A stretch of 64,000 nucleotides of DNA from the NCBI RefSeq assembly GCF_009914755.1, contig NC_060947.1; one strand, written 5' to 3'. The notes beneath the pieces were generated by a model. That model saw nothing but the letters and a program-made list of their open reading frames with translations. It made no database searches and was not told the origin of the DNA. Origin of the DNA: the human T2T-CHM13v2.0 reference genome, Homo sapiens. Shown piece by piece: positions 1 through 14,840 of the stretch (position 1 is its first letter; every line of letters starts with the position of its first letter). A program made the position numbers and the translations under genes.

Positions 1-616
<616 letters not shown>

Positions 617-789
617 TATGACGAATGAAGCAATAAAGAAAATCTGTGAGGAGCTTCTAAGAATAATCTCCTTTGTATTCTGGCTTCTAGACACTGTTTT
701 GTGGGCTATGATGCTTGAATCTATGGTAACTCTTTTGCAAACATAAAAAAACAAGACGAGAGACAAAAATAAATACTATATTATAAGGA

Positions 790-950
790 TTGAAAAGAGA
801 GAGGGATGAGGGGAGGGAGAGAAGAAGGAAGGGGAGAGAGAGGGAAGAGGGTGCAAGGGGAAGGGGAGGGGGAGGAAAATGGAAAGAGGGAGATGGAGGC
901 AGAGAGGGAGAGAAAAAGATTGAGAGAAAGACAAAGAGAGATTAGAAAGA
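790..950 (+). repeat. GA-rich purine low-complexity tract
   Basis: About 160 nt almost entirely G/A. Confidence 0.9.
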
Positions 951-1006
951 ATTAGGGCCCTTGGTGGTATATATGAACCCCTGAGTTAACCCTTTAACTA
1001 CTCTAC

Positions 1007-1161
1007 CACATGATTGTGCAGGTCCTTTGGGCAATGAAGGACTCCTGTGGGTTTCTTCCTTTACTGACGGGATGTTTCTAGATAAAGAAGGTGACGTGGT
1101 CTCTTTTCCCTGTAAACACGCTTGTATCTAGGCCTCTTTGTAAACAGACTAATAATATTTG
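1007..1161 (-). pseudogene. Exon 21: QILLVCLQRGLDTSVFTGKRDHVTFFI*KHPVSKGRNPQESFIAQRTCTIM
   Basis: ccttttattctag acceptor; phase 0 entry matches exon 20; one TAG; donor TG|gtagag is tentative. Confidence 0.7.
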
Positions 1162-1442
1162 CTAGAATAAAAGGTCCTGACATCTAGAATGTTCTTAGCA
1201 GGATGTGCCCAGCTAAGAATTATTAATAACAAATAAACCCATAATCTGTGGAACTGTGAGGCATATGTCCCTCAAATATACTGCCTAAGTCAAAGTCTAA
1301 AATGAAGCTATTTCATAGTCTAACCACTTCCTTGCTTATAAGGTAATATGTGAACCTTATTTGAAAACTCTTTGATTACTGTGCATGTCCAATGCAGGAA
1401 GAAAAGTCCTGGGGAGCCGCACAGGATGTCCAAGACTTCTAC

Positions 1443-1564
1443 CTGATTTGTTTGATCCTCCTTTTCATCTGCATCCTCGATATTATTAATAATGGTGATA
1501 CTGGGTAAAACCTTTACTTCAGATGATTCTGATTTGATAATCTTATCCTTTATATTGGCTCATC
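1443..1564 (-). pseudogene. Exon 20: ...KDKIIKSESSEVKVLPSITIINNIEDADEKEDQTNQ
   Basis: tctcttacttaatag acceptor and CAG|gtagaa donor; frameshift near the 5' end; phase 0 exit. Confidence 0.8.
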
Positions 1565-1907
1565 CTATTAAGTAAGAGAATAATTTTTTGTTGTTTTTCA
1601 TGTCATTTCAAATTGTGTCTTCTGCATATCAATTGTGATTCTTCCCATGGAAAGTAATGAGATTGCAATAGCCAGTGAAAGAAGTTAAGCATTAATGAGA
1701 CATACAAGATAAACAAGGAAAACAAAAGAAGCAGAGAGAAATCTAACTGAGGAACTTCTCTAGCTAAGAATTTCATCAATAGCCAGTAAGAAGACATTGT
1801 TAATTATCACAATAAAGTTATACCTATATTTTTAAAAATTTACTATTAGATATTCTTTGGGTTTTCTCCCATCAAGCAAACATGTGATCTATTTTTCTCC
1901 AACTTAC

Positions 1908-2077
1908 ACAGATGGGTCCCTATTGTTTTGACCAGAGATGATGGTACCATATCTGGATACGTGACAAAAGGTGAGCCTATCAGTTACTCTTCTCTGTGAA
2001 ATTACAAATAGGGCTAAGAGTGTAACAAATCTTTGTCCATTGCCGGACATGAAACATGCAAACTCTTTTATTTTCTG
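1908..2077 (-). pseudogene. Exon 19: QKIKEFACFMSGNGQRFVTLLALFVISQRRVTDRLTFCHVSRYGTIISGQNNRDPS
   Basis: gtcctatag acceptor and consensus gtaagt donor; 56 open codons. Confidence 0.8.
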
Positions 2078-3543
2078 CTATAGGACTTAACAAAGATAAT
2101 TGGTATACTGGGGTGGGGGAAAGCAGGAATGCTGTGAGGAGAAATGAGCAGTGGACAGGCAGTTCAAGCAATTTTGAGAAAGTTTATATTTCATACATTC
2201 CCACAATTCTAATACAGCTATATATATATATACAACAAAATGGTATAAGATAGAATGTGGTTAGTTAGTCCAGTATTGTTTCAGTTCTCCTCAACAAGCC
2301 ATTTTTTTCATATTAAACACTGATTTTTAAAAAGTCATTTCAATCATTACACTAGAGACCTGACATTTGAGTTTATTTATGTGGGAAACCAAATAAGTTG
2401 ATCAAAGCAATTTCTTCTTCCAACCAAGGACAATTCCTGTTTGTATGAGCTAGCCCATGCATAGTGATTCTGACTCACAATCCAAATGTACAGGAAGCAA
2501 CTACCATTTGCAGGTTTCCATTAATCTTTGCACATATTTGCAAAATATGAAGAAATAAAAGTATTTTGTATAAGAATGCTCTAAACATTTGTGTATGTGT
2601 GAGAGAGAGAAAGATTTAAGTAGATCTTTAAGTTGGAAGAATAATGCTAGAAGCTGCAAGTAGAGACAGGAGAAGCATTAAGATGATAGACTAGTTTCTG
2701 CTAAAATCAAATATTGTGGTATTGCAAAATTCAATTTATTGCATTAAAATAGACTTTAGCTTTACTCAACATCAGAGAAATAACACAATGTCCTCTCTCA
2801 GCCTTTCATTTATCTCGTTGGTAGAGAAAATTACTTAGGCGACTCCATTTGTCCCATTTTGAATAATTCTCAACTTTAGAGAAATATACTCGTGTCCCAA
2901 GTCCATGACTGATTTACAGTTAAGTTAGCTCCTTAAAATAAGGGCATAAAAAGAATGCAAAAGGTAATCCAGGATTTTAATCATGATATAAATTTTAAAC
3001 GAAAAATGTGAAAGAAAATAATTTAGTAGAGCAAAATAGAAAAATAGAAAAACAAAAAGTGAATAGAGTGACGAAGAAAAACATAAGTAACATATATGAA
3101 GGCTAATTTCTTGTATCTTGACCTTGTAGGTTTTGAAACATTAACTGCAATTGAATGCATCGCTATATTTGCATTTATTTTAATTTCAATACAACAAAGG
3201 TGATGTACTCTATATTTTTGTACATTTTAGAAAAACACTCATAGAATAGTCACCATATTATGCCTCTGTTATTTAGAGAACAGTTCAATCATAGCTAATA
3301 TGGGCCCGTCTTTTCATTATCTCCAAATATTATTGGACAATGATAAAAGTATAAAGTGGCATTAACCAGTGAGAATGACATTAGAGATATTATACGTATG
3401 ATTTAATTTTACACATTTTAGCTACACAAAATGTACAACAGAGTTATATGTGCAGTGCTTGAGAGAATTAAATCTAATTTTAAACTACACAAAATTTGAG
3501 TAAATATGCTAAATAATTTATAAAATTAAAATCCTCTTTTCCC

Positions 3544-3668
3544 TGCAGCACTTTAAAATTCCATTCTGCATTTAAGAAAAGCATGGAATAAGCTCCCGAT
3601 ATTGATGTCTCGTAACCCAAGATCAACATATAAAGATAAAGTGAACAGTAATTCTTTAATGACGTATC
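3544..3668 (-). pseudogene. Exon 18: GYVIKELLFTLSLYVDLGLRDINIGSLFHAFLKCRMEF*SAA
   Basis: catgttcag acceptor; 37 open codons then TAA; 3' boundary inferred because there is no intact GT. Confidence 0.7.
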
Positions 3669-3774
3669 CTGAACATGCAAATACCACACCCCTACTTTTA
3701 TTCTGTACTTCTTCTAAATTTTACTTGAAACCTTTCTTTGTTGAGAGCCACAATCATCTGATGATCATCCATAC

Positions 3775-3865
3775 CTTTCAATATTTGATTTATGAGGCTT
3801 ACATATTTTATACAAACTTCCAGTGCCGGTATGTTTCTCAATAGTTAGTACCATTTTGGGGGTCC
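3775..3865 (-). pseudogene. Exon 17: GPPKWY*LLRNIPALEVCIKYVSLINQILK
   Basis: atttttctag acceptor and AAG|gtatgg donor; one TAA; the phase 1 exit matches exon 18. Confidence 0.75.
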
Positions 3866-4384
3866 CTAGAAAAATTCCATACCAAAAAAAGGATTAACTA
3901 GCAAGAACTTCAGAGATATAGTAGGGCTCTTGTTAATCAGCCACAAGTAAAAGCTGCAACACAATAGAGATAACTCTCTAAGACTTGCCTAGGTCAAAAC
4001 AATTGAGCAAACAAACAACAACAAAAAACCTTCTTCCCTGCCACACTTCAAAATTCCATGTCAATTTCTACTTCCTCCCACCACAATATCTTATCCACCC
4101 CTATATCGTGACATGGAAGTTGGGAAGGGGAGAAACATCAGGAGAAGCAGTATAGTAGTTCAAACCACTGTGATCTTTATTTTTTTTTTTTTGTCCTGAG
4201 GAAGTTCCTTGCTATCTTTCATGAGCTCTGGCAATCTTTAGAAAGTTGGTTTATAAGATTTTAATGGTATAGTCTGTAATCTACATCTTTGGATTTAGAT
4301 TTCTTGCCCATAAAAGACTTTACTGAAACAATCCCACCTATCAAGTAGGATCTACTAGGATAGTGGGAGGAAAATGTACTTAAG

Positions 4385-4590
4385 TACTTAAGAGCACAGG
4401 CTTGAACTGAGTTTGAATCCTAGCTCTATGACTTAATAGCTGTGAGACTTTAGAATAAACAATTCGTTTGTTCTATATATCAACTATTTCTCTGTAAAAA
4501 TGGGGGGATCAATAGTATCTAAATCATATAAGTGAAGATCACGTAAGATAAAAGTGAGAAAGTGCTATGAAAAGTACCTGAAAAGTATTA
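4385..4590 (+). mobile_element. MIR SINE fragment
   Basis: ttgaatcctagctct...agctgtgaga...tctctgtaaaaatgggg core. Confidence 0.75.
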
Positions 4591-4691
4591 TGAAGACAAC
4601 ATGAAAACAATAAGGGAACGAAGGTTTTCATATAGTGTGTATATTCATCATGCATCAAGGAGAGAGTGTTATTTAAAGAGCTTTCTGTTAT

Positions 4692-4776
4692 CTGTGACAT
4701 AAAATTTAATGTTGGAAGACAGATCCTGAAATCTTTCTTTGGAGAGATGGCCCAACCTAATATGGACTACTTCTAA
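4692..4776 (-). pseudogene. Exon 16: LEVVHIRLGHLSKERFQDLSSNIKFYVT
   Basis: ttaatttctcag acceptor; open frame; donor reads ataaca (decayed). Confidence 0.6.
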
Positions 4777-5849
4777 CTGAGAAATTAAGTATATTGGTGA
4801 AAAACTATAAAGTGGATTTTCTGGTTTCCATTTGTTGGAACCAGGGAAAGCTATTATTTTGTCTCCATATTTTTGGAAAGCCAAAAGGAACTCCCAATAC
4901 GAAAGGGGAGAGTAGGCTTCAGCAACAGGGTAGTGGACTGCAAACTAAGAGGTGAGCTTTAGGTGATGGGGTATGGACAACTGACTTCAGGAGTAGAAGT
5001 ATCTTATATCTCACTCTACATGTTCTCATCCTTGGTTGCAATTACTTTCAGTTATTCTTAGATCTTCATCAAACATTACAGCCTGGTGTTATCTGTAATG
5101 TGAAGAATGAAAAGAGAGTCTGTGTCCATGCTTGGAAAAAAAAAAAGCATTTGGGGAAGAAAATAGAGCAGTCTAGAAAAACCTTGACAAGAAGGGAAAG
5201 AACATGGCCAACAGAGAAGCCCGGAGTAGCAGACTGAAAAAATATGTGACAAGCAACTAGTAAGACAGACTTGTTGGAACCTTGGGCATTTCTCAAAATT
5301 ATTAAGGGTGTACAAACTTAATAAAAGATAGGAAGCAGACTTCCTGCAATCATATGGCTAGAGAATGTATGGGAGAGTATCCTTTGAATTTGGGTACTAA
5401 ATGCAGGTTAACCTCCAAGGCTGCCAAACTTGAGGATACTGCATGACAAATGAACAAATAAGTGCAGATTGGAGGGATAGTACAATGTTTAATCCTGTTG
5501 GTGAATTTTCATACCACACAAACCAAAATCAACATGTGGAAAATGTTGCATAATCATATCAAAGTTAAATGTAAATTATATTCAGGTTACCCATAGTTTG
5601 GGCTTCTCTATACCATTGCCCTTCTGTGAATAAAAATAATTGAAGTAATGAATAGAACGAAGGACCATTTAGAAGCTCCTCACATGTGATGATATTATAG
5701 AACAAAAAGTTTAGATTTTCACATCATATACTTAGTAGTCCAGGGGGAACACAAAATAAGAAAGTGAACATTTGAGTATCACACATGACTCTATAACTAT
5801 TAGAAATACTATAAACTCCATTGTGATTTAAACGTGTCTAATTGAACAT

Positions 5850-7560
<1,711 letters not shown>

Positions 7561-7960
7561 ATGCCTTTCTTCTCCCTTTGAAGCTATGGACACTCTAGCT
7601 TCTATGCTTTCTTACAAAATAAAAGAATAAGCATCAACTATTTAAAAAGTGATCTTCCCAAAATATTGCTTAAAGATTACATATAATGCTTCCAATTTTA
7701 TGATTCCAAAGAAAACAACATAACTCAGAATTTTGTAGTTAATCCCCCTTTAAATAAAACAACTCTTAATGGCCCGTGACCATAAGAGGTATTTTTTACC
7801 TCAGTCCTTTTCCCCTACTTCTTACTCTGTGACAAAACTGATACCAAAACATATAAATTATTTCAACTATTTTCTTCAGTGGGAAAATCTGGCCTATTTT
7901 ACCTTTTTTTGCATTTTTACTTGGCAATACTTTTGTGTGTTGGGGGGGCTCTTTCTTAAC

Positions 7961-8256
<296 letters not shown>

Positions 8257-8257
8257 T

Positions 8258-8840
8258 CTTTTTTAACTTTTATTTTAAGTTCAGGGGCACAAGTATAGGT
8301 TTGTTACACAGATAAACTTGTGTCATGGGGGTTTGTTGTACAGATTATTTCATCACCCAGGTATTAAGACTAGTACCCGTTAGTTATTTTTCCTGATCCT
8401 CTCTCTCCTCCCACCTTCCACCCTCCACCCTCCAAAAGGCTACAGTGTGTGTTCTCCTCTATGTGTTCATGTGTTCTCATCATTTAGTGCCCACTTAAAA
8501 GTGAGAACATGCTAGTTTTCTGTTCCTGTGTTAGTCTGCAAAGGATAATGGCCTCCAGCTCCATCCATGTCCATGCAAAGGGCATAATCTCATTCTTTTT
8601 CATGGCTGCGTAGTATTCCATGGTGTATATGTACCACGTTTTCTTTATCCAATCTATCATTGATGGACATTTAGATTGATTCTATGTCTTTGCTATTGTG
8701 AATAGTGCTTCAAAAAACATACACGTGCATGTGTCTTTATAACAGAATGATTGAAAGAAAGTGCGGCGATTCCCCAAAGACCTAAAGACAAGTGCATTTC
8801 GACCCAGCAATCCCATTACTGGGTATATACCCAAATAAAT
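8258..8840 (-). mobile_element. 5'-truncated L1PA 3' end with an inverted 5' piece
   Basis: L1 3'UTR antisense at 8258-8750, then the adjacent L1 segment in sense orientation at 8752-8840. Confidence 0.85.
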
Positions 8841-8968
8841 ACTTGACAATGTTTGATGTCTAGATATGTACACATTTTCTCCTCATAATTATCAAATTCC
8901 CATTTCTCAATTACTATGATTTTGTATATCTAATTTTGCTCTTATCAGCTTGAGAAAATCTTATCTGC

Positions 8969-9101
8969 CTTTCTATTCAAGAGATTCAAAACTATTTGAT
9001 ATTTTTCCAACATATGGAAATATGGCCATCTATAACCACTGATGTCATTTCATCTTCAATGTGAGAAGTAATGAGTGGCAATTTGCTCATAGAGCTTTAA
9101 T
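8969..9101 (-). pseudogene. Exon 15: LKLYEQIATHYFSH*R*NDISGYRWPYFHMLEKYQIVLNLLNRK
   Basis: ttttggtcttcag acceptor; 3' end uncertain (AAG|gcagat); two TGA stops. Confidence 0.55.
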
Positions 9102-9680
9102 CTGAAGACCAAAATTTACTTAGACTGATGCAGAGGTGGCACAAAAACAACTGTCTGCAGTAAACTGAATGTATTAAATACTTCCTAAGCCACTATTCTC
9201 TGACCAAAGCATCTCTGTAAATTTCCTCATAAGTGGGACATAAAGCAGCTATAGAAAGCTTTAATTCTAAGGTTTTCTGTTTGAAGTAACAAAAACACAA
9301 AACATATAATGGAACAATTCCTTACACTAATGTTTAGCTGTACAAAAGTACAAATGGCAAGCCACCAGGTAAGCAAAGATCTGATTTTATCAAAATAAAG
9401 TTGAAATGGTAGTGTTCAGTTACAAGAAACCCACTTTCCTAATGCCACACCTAGATGCATGGTCTGAAAATAGAAATGAAGATTTTAAATTTAATTTATC
9501 CCAGAAAATTTGGGAAGTATAATTACCCTATCTGTAGCTACAAAGCAGGCTCATAGACAGTTTCCCAAATAACATGTAATTTTTAATAGTGAAAATTTCA
9601 ACAAGTCTAGAAAGTAGAAAGGGACCTGAAATAAACAAAGATAGATACACAGAACTCCTAGGTTTAGGTAGTTTTCTTAT

Positions 9681-9734
9681 CATGAGCTCCAGATGTCTTC
9701 ATTCTTAGTCCTGGGACTCGCTCATCTTTTTGTG
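9681..9734 (-). pseudogene. Exon 14 (frame uncertain): HKKMSESQ...KNEDIWSS
   Basis: Long pyrimidine tract then tag acceptor; donor reads ataaga (decayed); contains stops and probably a frameshift. Confidence 0.45.
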
Positions 9735-10026
9735 CTATCGCATCAGGATAAAGATGGGGAACAAATTAACAGAGAAAAGAAGCACCAGTGTAATGGCTCT
9801 GCAGCCAGATAATGCAGAGATAGCAAGTCATGTTCACAGTGCAAAAGGACAAGCATTTTCTAAAATAGGAATTCTAATCCCACTGGGTTTCTCTGTGTGT
9901 GAATTTAACCTTTAGAATTAGAATTTTTGAACCCCTGGAAATGAACTAATGCTTTGTGTAAACTACATAAAACAGATGGAAGTGTGTTCCAGGCAGCACA
10001 TTTAAATATAAAGACCATTTCTGTAC

Positions 10027-10133
10027 CTGCAAAAACTGCTGCGCTGCCTCAAAGGATAAATCCAAGTTTAACATCGCAAGTGAAGCTAGCCCACAGCACA
10101 GCTCAAATTCAGAGAAGACAAGTACTGTGATTC
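10027..10133 (-). pseudogene. Exon 13: GITVLVFSEFELCCGLASLAMLNLDLSFEAAQQFLQ
   Basis: tgtttag acceptor and CAG|gtacag donor; open frame, phase 1 to 0. Confidence 0.7.
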
Positions 10134-10868
10134 CTAAACATTTACATTATCACAGAAACAAGAAGTATACACTTGGTCTAACATAAGGACTAGTTTGTTT
10201 TTTTCCTAAAAGTGTTAAACTGGACCTTCATTGTGCTTCAAACATACTTTTCACTTGTTTAATCTCTAGGTTAATTACAGATTTTTTGCAGTTTTCAGTA
10301 CTGATGATTAGCAATAGAAAAATAGGTAGCTACTTCAAAAACTATTTGAGTTCAATAATTTTCATTTATTTTTGTTTTAAAAGATAAATATTTGATAGCT
10401 AAAAAATAATGCTTTATTATGTCATAATCATAATTTAAAATGTATATTTAATGCTATTTCCTAAAGAGAGGGGCATTAATGTTAAAACAAAGTTAGTAGC
10501 TATCTACATAATGTACCTGAAAATTCACGTCTCGTTAACTACCAGACCTGTTAGAATTGTGCTAACTGTAATTACAGTGAGAACTTGACTGGAGATAAGC
10601 TAGCAGCAAAAGGCAGAATAAAATTATAGAGGAACAGAGTTAAAATTCAGTTTGTTTTCCTCATAGAAAGATAATATTCAATTAATGATGGAAATTGGGC
10701 CTGTGTTAATCACGGCATTGTATAAATCCCCCAAATCACAACATTAAAACCTAAGCTCAAGAAAGGGGTAAGAAAGTGAAAGAACACAAGGTATCTTAGG
10801 TGGCAGGAGATGAGACATCTCTGTTCTCATAATAAATCCTAAATGGCACCCTGAGATAAATACATTAC

Positions 10869-11010
10869 CTCTCTCTGGACAACATGGACTACGTACTGAC
10901 ATGCAAGGGAACTAGAAGGTGACATTTTTTGCAGCTACACACGTGTGTTATTTTGATTTTCTTTATACATTTACAAAAAAAATCTATTTCTAATACACAC
11001 ATTTCTGTAT
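10869..11010 (-). pseudogene. Exon 12: RYRNVCIRNRFFL*MYKENQNNTRV*LQKMSPSSSLACQYVVHVVQR
   Basis: ccttttaag acceptor and GAG|gtaatg donor; two stops; probable (AG)n slip at the 3' end. Confidence 0.65.
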
Positions 11011-11573
11011 CTTAAAAGGTATAAGATGGTAGACATTCAAAGTTTATTTTCCAAGTATTTTTAAAGCTAAGCTTATACCTAAAGTTAGAAATGTCTCCAT
11101 TTTCCTGCTGAGTCACACAGTGCAAAGACTAGCCTTTTGCCAGGTTTATTGAAGCATTTTAAATAATTATGGAAGATTTTCTTTCATCTAAAAATTACAA
11201 CTCATTATCTGTTTTCCCTCAGTACTTAATCGCAACCTGTAGTACTAATTTTAACCCCTCATATTATTTTAATAAAACCCAACCACAAATTTTAGTGTAA
11301 GAGGTGTATAGATTTTTTTAATGAAAACACCTGATGACAGTCTCGTCTCTACTTCATTAGATTCACAAAGATCTATAACTCCAAAAGTTTAACAAAAAGA
11401 GGCAAGTAAATATCAGAAAAAAGTATCTATTTCAATCTTTTTAAGTTAATGACTTTGTGTTTAATGTCACAATTTTATATACCAAAGACTAACACCGTAT
11501 TAAACTAAAAACAGGTGTCATAGGCTATGTAGTGTACGTGTGAAAAGATGTCACATGATCTGGCAAATATCAC

Positions 11574-11660
11574 CTTGCTCCCTCTGTCTGCCACACCATT
11601 TTTGTGAGTTGCTGCTGGCTGAAGGTTTCCAAAATCCCAACAGAAATTAGTATTTGATAT
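11574..11660 (-). pseudogene. Exon 11: TYQILISVGILETFSQQQLTKMVWQTEGA
   Basis: tttccaattctcag acceptor and AAG|gtgata donor; open frame, phase 2 to 2. Confidence 0.7.
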
Positions 11661-12197
11661 CTGAGAATTGGAAATCAGAATTCCCAGGAATGTTCATAAA
11701 TTTCTAAAATCCTAAGTTACTCCTAACATACTCCCAATGTTCTACATTATTATTACTAAAAATAAGTTACTCCTAACATGCTTCCAATATTCTACATTAT
11801 TTTTACATATTGGTAGGGATATATACAAACTATGATTAATACATTTTAAAAAATTAAGTTTACAAGGAAACATAGCTGATAGGAAATGTTAAAACATTGA
11901 ACATGTTAGTGAGTAGTATTGGATAGGATTTGATTAGCTAATATTCAGACTTCCTGGCAATATTAGTGTCAAAATCACTACACAGAATCATGGATTGAAA
12001 TCACCAATTTGAGAATTTTTTAGTTCCCAAACTTACTATTTCTGGGAACATCACTTATAGGATTTTAATCAAGTATACTATGCATATAAATTATTAATGC
12101 TTATTTTATTGGCTGGAATGATGCATTGTCAATAGCAGACATTCAAAAACACACTTTTAAAACATGACAATAACTGAAAGTAAGATTGAATGATTAC

Positions 12198-12462
12198 GTT
12201 GTCACCATTCTTCTATATATATTCTGAACTTGGTTCCCAGTAATGTCAACCTTGATTTTTGACTGACTTGGAGTCTGTGCTTCCTGATTTTGCTTAATTT
12301 CCACTTGACTTTGGTGGATTCTGAAGTTTCAAACTTGTAATGTTTTTCTGTTCACTTCTAAGCTGCAGTTCTCTCATGGGGATAATAGTACATTATTCCT
12401 GTGTTCTAAAGCTCCTGATTGATCTTTCTCATTATTCCAGACTCAGAAAAAAATGTATATTT
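12198..12462 (-). pseudogene. Exon 10: KYTFFSESGIMRKINQEL...(frameshift)...IKVDITGNQVQNIYRRMVT
   Basis: catttcttcag acceptor and AC|gtaatc donor; stops in all frames; one frameshift needed to go from phase 0 to 2. Confidence 0.65.
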
Positions 12463-12625
12463 CTGAAGAAATGTTAGGAAGCAATTCCCACATGGAAACA
12501 CCACTGAAAATTACTTGTGAGTTATTGAAGAACACGTGTGTAGGTTATTCACCACATTAGAGGGTTTAAGGCCAGCCCTGAAGATGAACTTTCAATCACA
12601 GGATTCAATCATAACTCGGCCTTAC

Positions 12626-12675
12626 CTCCATTACAGAGAAGAAGTATTTAGAAGAAAGGAGGTTACCATTTGAAA
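12626..12675 (-). pseudogene. Exon 9: VSNGNLLSSKYFFSVME
   Basis: tatttag acceptor and GAG|gtaagg donor; open frame, phase 1 to 0. Confidence 0.7.
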
Positions 12676-14420
12676 CTAAATATTTGTTTATATTAGGTTT
12701 CATTTTCAATATTAGTTTTAATTTCTTAATACATAATCCATATTTCTTTGAAAATTGAAACTCTGTGTAGATAATAGGATAAAATAGTATTGCAGCACTT
12801 ATAACCTCACTACCTATAGATTGCTCACAATTACTTCCAGGCAATCCCTCTCATGTGTACACTTGATGTTGTACTATTTATGCACACATGCAATATGTTA
12901 TGCATGTTGATTCATCAGCAATTTTGTCAATAAATTTATAGAATATATCAATTGTTTTTATGATTGTATTATATTCTATTGCGTAGACAACACTATTACT
13001 TATTGCTGTATATTTACATGTTTTCTAATTCATCATTATAGAAATCTTCAAGAAACCTTCTTGGGCCTGCCACCTTTTGTATTTTGCAAACTGCTTTTCA
13101 ATATTTTCTGGCCTTGCAATAAAACACAATTTATGTAAGCATTTTTAACATAATAAAACTGTAATGTTTAATAATTTCTTGATTTGTATTCCTGCCCTAG
13201 TTATGCTTGTTTATTGTTCCTCATATCAAATGCATCACTTTTTTGTGGTGAGGGTTTATTTTAAATTTGACAATTTATGTATAAATAATAAAAAATCATG
13301 TTTGATGGAAAGCTGGATCACTTTACTCTTTTAATGTCAATTTACTTAATATAGATTTAAGAAATGTGGATTCTTAATATGGATTAATAAATGTAAATAT
13401 TTTACATCATACTATATTTAGCAACTAAGGTTAATATCTAAAAATGATGAAATTTAAATAGTGATAATTCTATTTCTGGGTGCTAACTTCATCCTATCGC
13501 TTTAGCATACATTATTGCAGAACTGTATGATATACAAGAATAACTTCATTTTTTGACAAAAGACAGAGGGCCATATTTGTATGAAACAACACAAACCGTA
13601 AATTACCATATTTATTTAGGCATCTGGTGCCAATGAAAGTTATTTATAACTATAGATTAATCAGTAATAACATTTTTAAGATGCCTGAGCATATGTTTAA
13701 TAACTCAGGTCTGGGCTGTCATGAAACTTTTATTGCCTATAAGAAATGCTAGTAGTTTTCCAGGATATAAACTTTTGCTTCCTAGAGAGTAGAGCACATT
13801 ATGAACATGTTTTTAATAGGACTTCATTTTCTGATGATGGCAATAATACAGATGTGCACTCTCACTTTTTCTGCCCTAGGCCAGACACCTTTGGATATTA
13901 CAGATGTTTTATTTTAGAAAATTTTTCAACTGACTTTAAAAGTAGATTATACCTAATTAAAATGCAGATCTTCTACTATTTAAAAAATTTAAAAATAATG
14001 GTGCATAATGGAACAAATAAATGCTTTGTGAGGTAGGAACGGAAAGAACTGAAAAGGAGGCAGTTTAATAAACCCCTATGGAGAGTGATGTGGATCCTAT
14101 ATACAGGGCCCCTAGATGATAAGAACTTTCCAATCTAGGGAGCATTCAATAAGAAAATGCTTTTAGGAGGCAAGTGTTGATTCTAGGTCAATGAGGAAAT
14201 ATAAACGGGAATAAACGTGTTCATCACAATATTATATCATCCAAGTTTACCATTTCATCTATGTCATAATAATGATGGATCTGACAGCCAAGTATATAAG
14301 GGATAGATCTAGTACAGAAGATTAAATTTTTAGTGAAGTCTTCTTATTGTAATTTTTCCCAGGCCTAAAGTTAGTTTATTTCAGAACACATAACTGATAT
14401 ATTTTACTTTGGTTTTTAAG

Positions 14421-14840
14421 TGTTACAGGTTGTGTTCACTGGGAATCCAACTATGATATAAAGTTTAGAATGTTTATTAAGGAGTTCCCTGGGGCTCAAC
14501 ACTTCTAGAGAGAAGAGGAAAGAAGTAGGAGTGGACACAGAAAAGTCAACTGAACCTTTAGCCCAACAGCAGCTTCTGCCAACCCTATGAGAAGCTCTGG
14601 AGCTAGAATTGCCCTACAGAATAGACTAAAATTTAACTGAGATAAAATGGCCTTTATATGCCCTCATAGATAAGTTCCTGTATGAGGTCAACCCAAGAAA
14701 GTCCCATGACCCAGGGCATTTCTCTTCAACTGAGGCGGTCCTCAAAAGGGCTAACAACCAAAGTCTGTCTACCAACAGTACTTCCATCAGTTTGGGTAAA
14801 ATGTCCTTCTATGAACAGAAATCTGGGCAGTGCATCACAG
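14421..14840. mobile_element. ERVL-class solo LTR (LTR33-like)
   Basis: tgttacaggttgtgttcactgggaa... start typical of this LTR group; subfamily recalled from memory. Confidence 0.5.

Noticed and set aside
2835-2931. AG...GT-bounded minus-strand segment between exons 18 and 19
   Set aside because: Stops in all frames, and it is not needed for phase or motif continuity.
3120-3540. Possible long continuation of exon 18
   Set aside because: Multiple stops in every frame, and the MCM-like motif spacing continues directly in exon 19.
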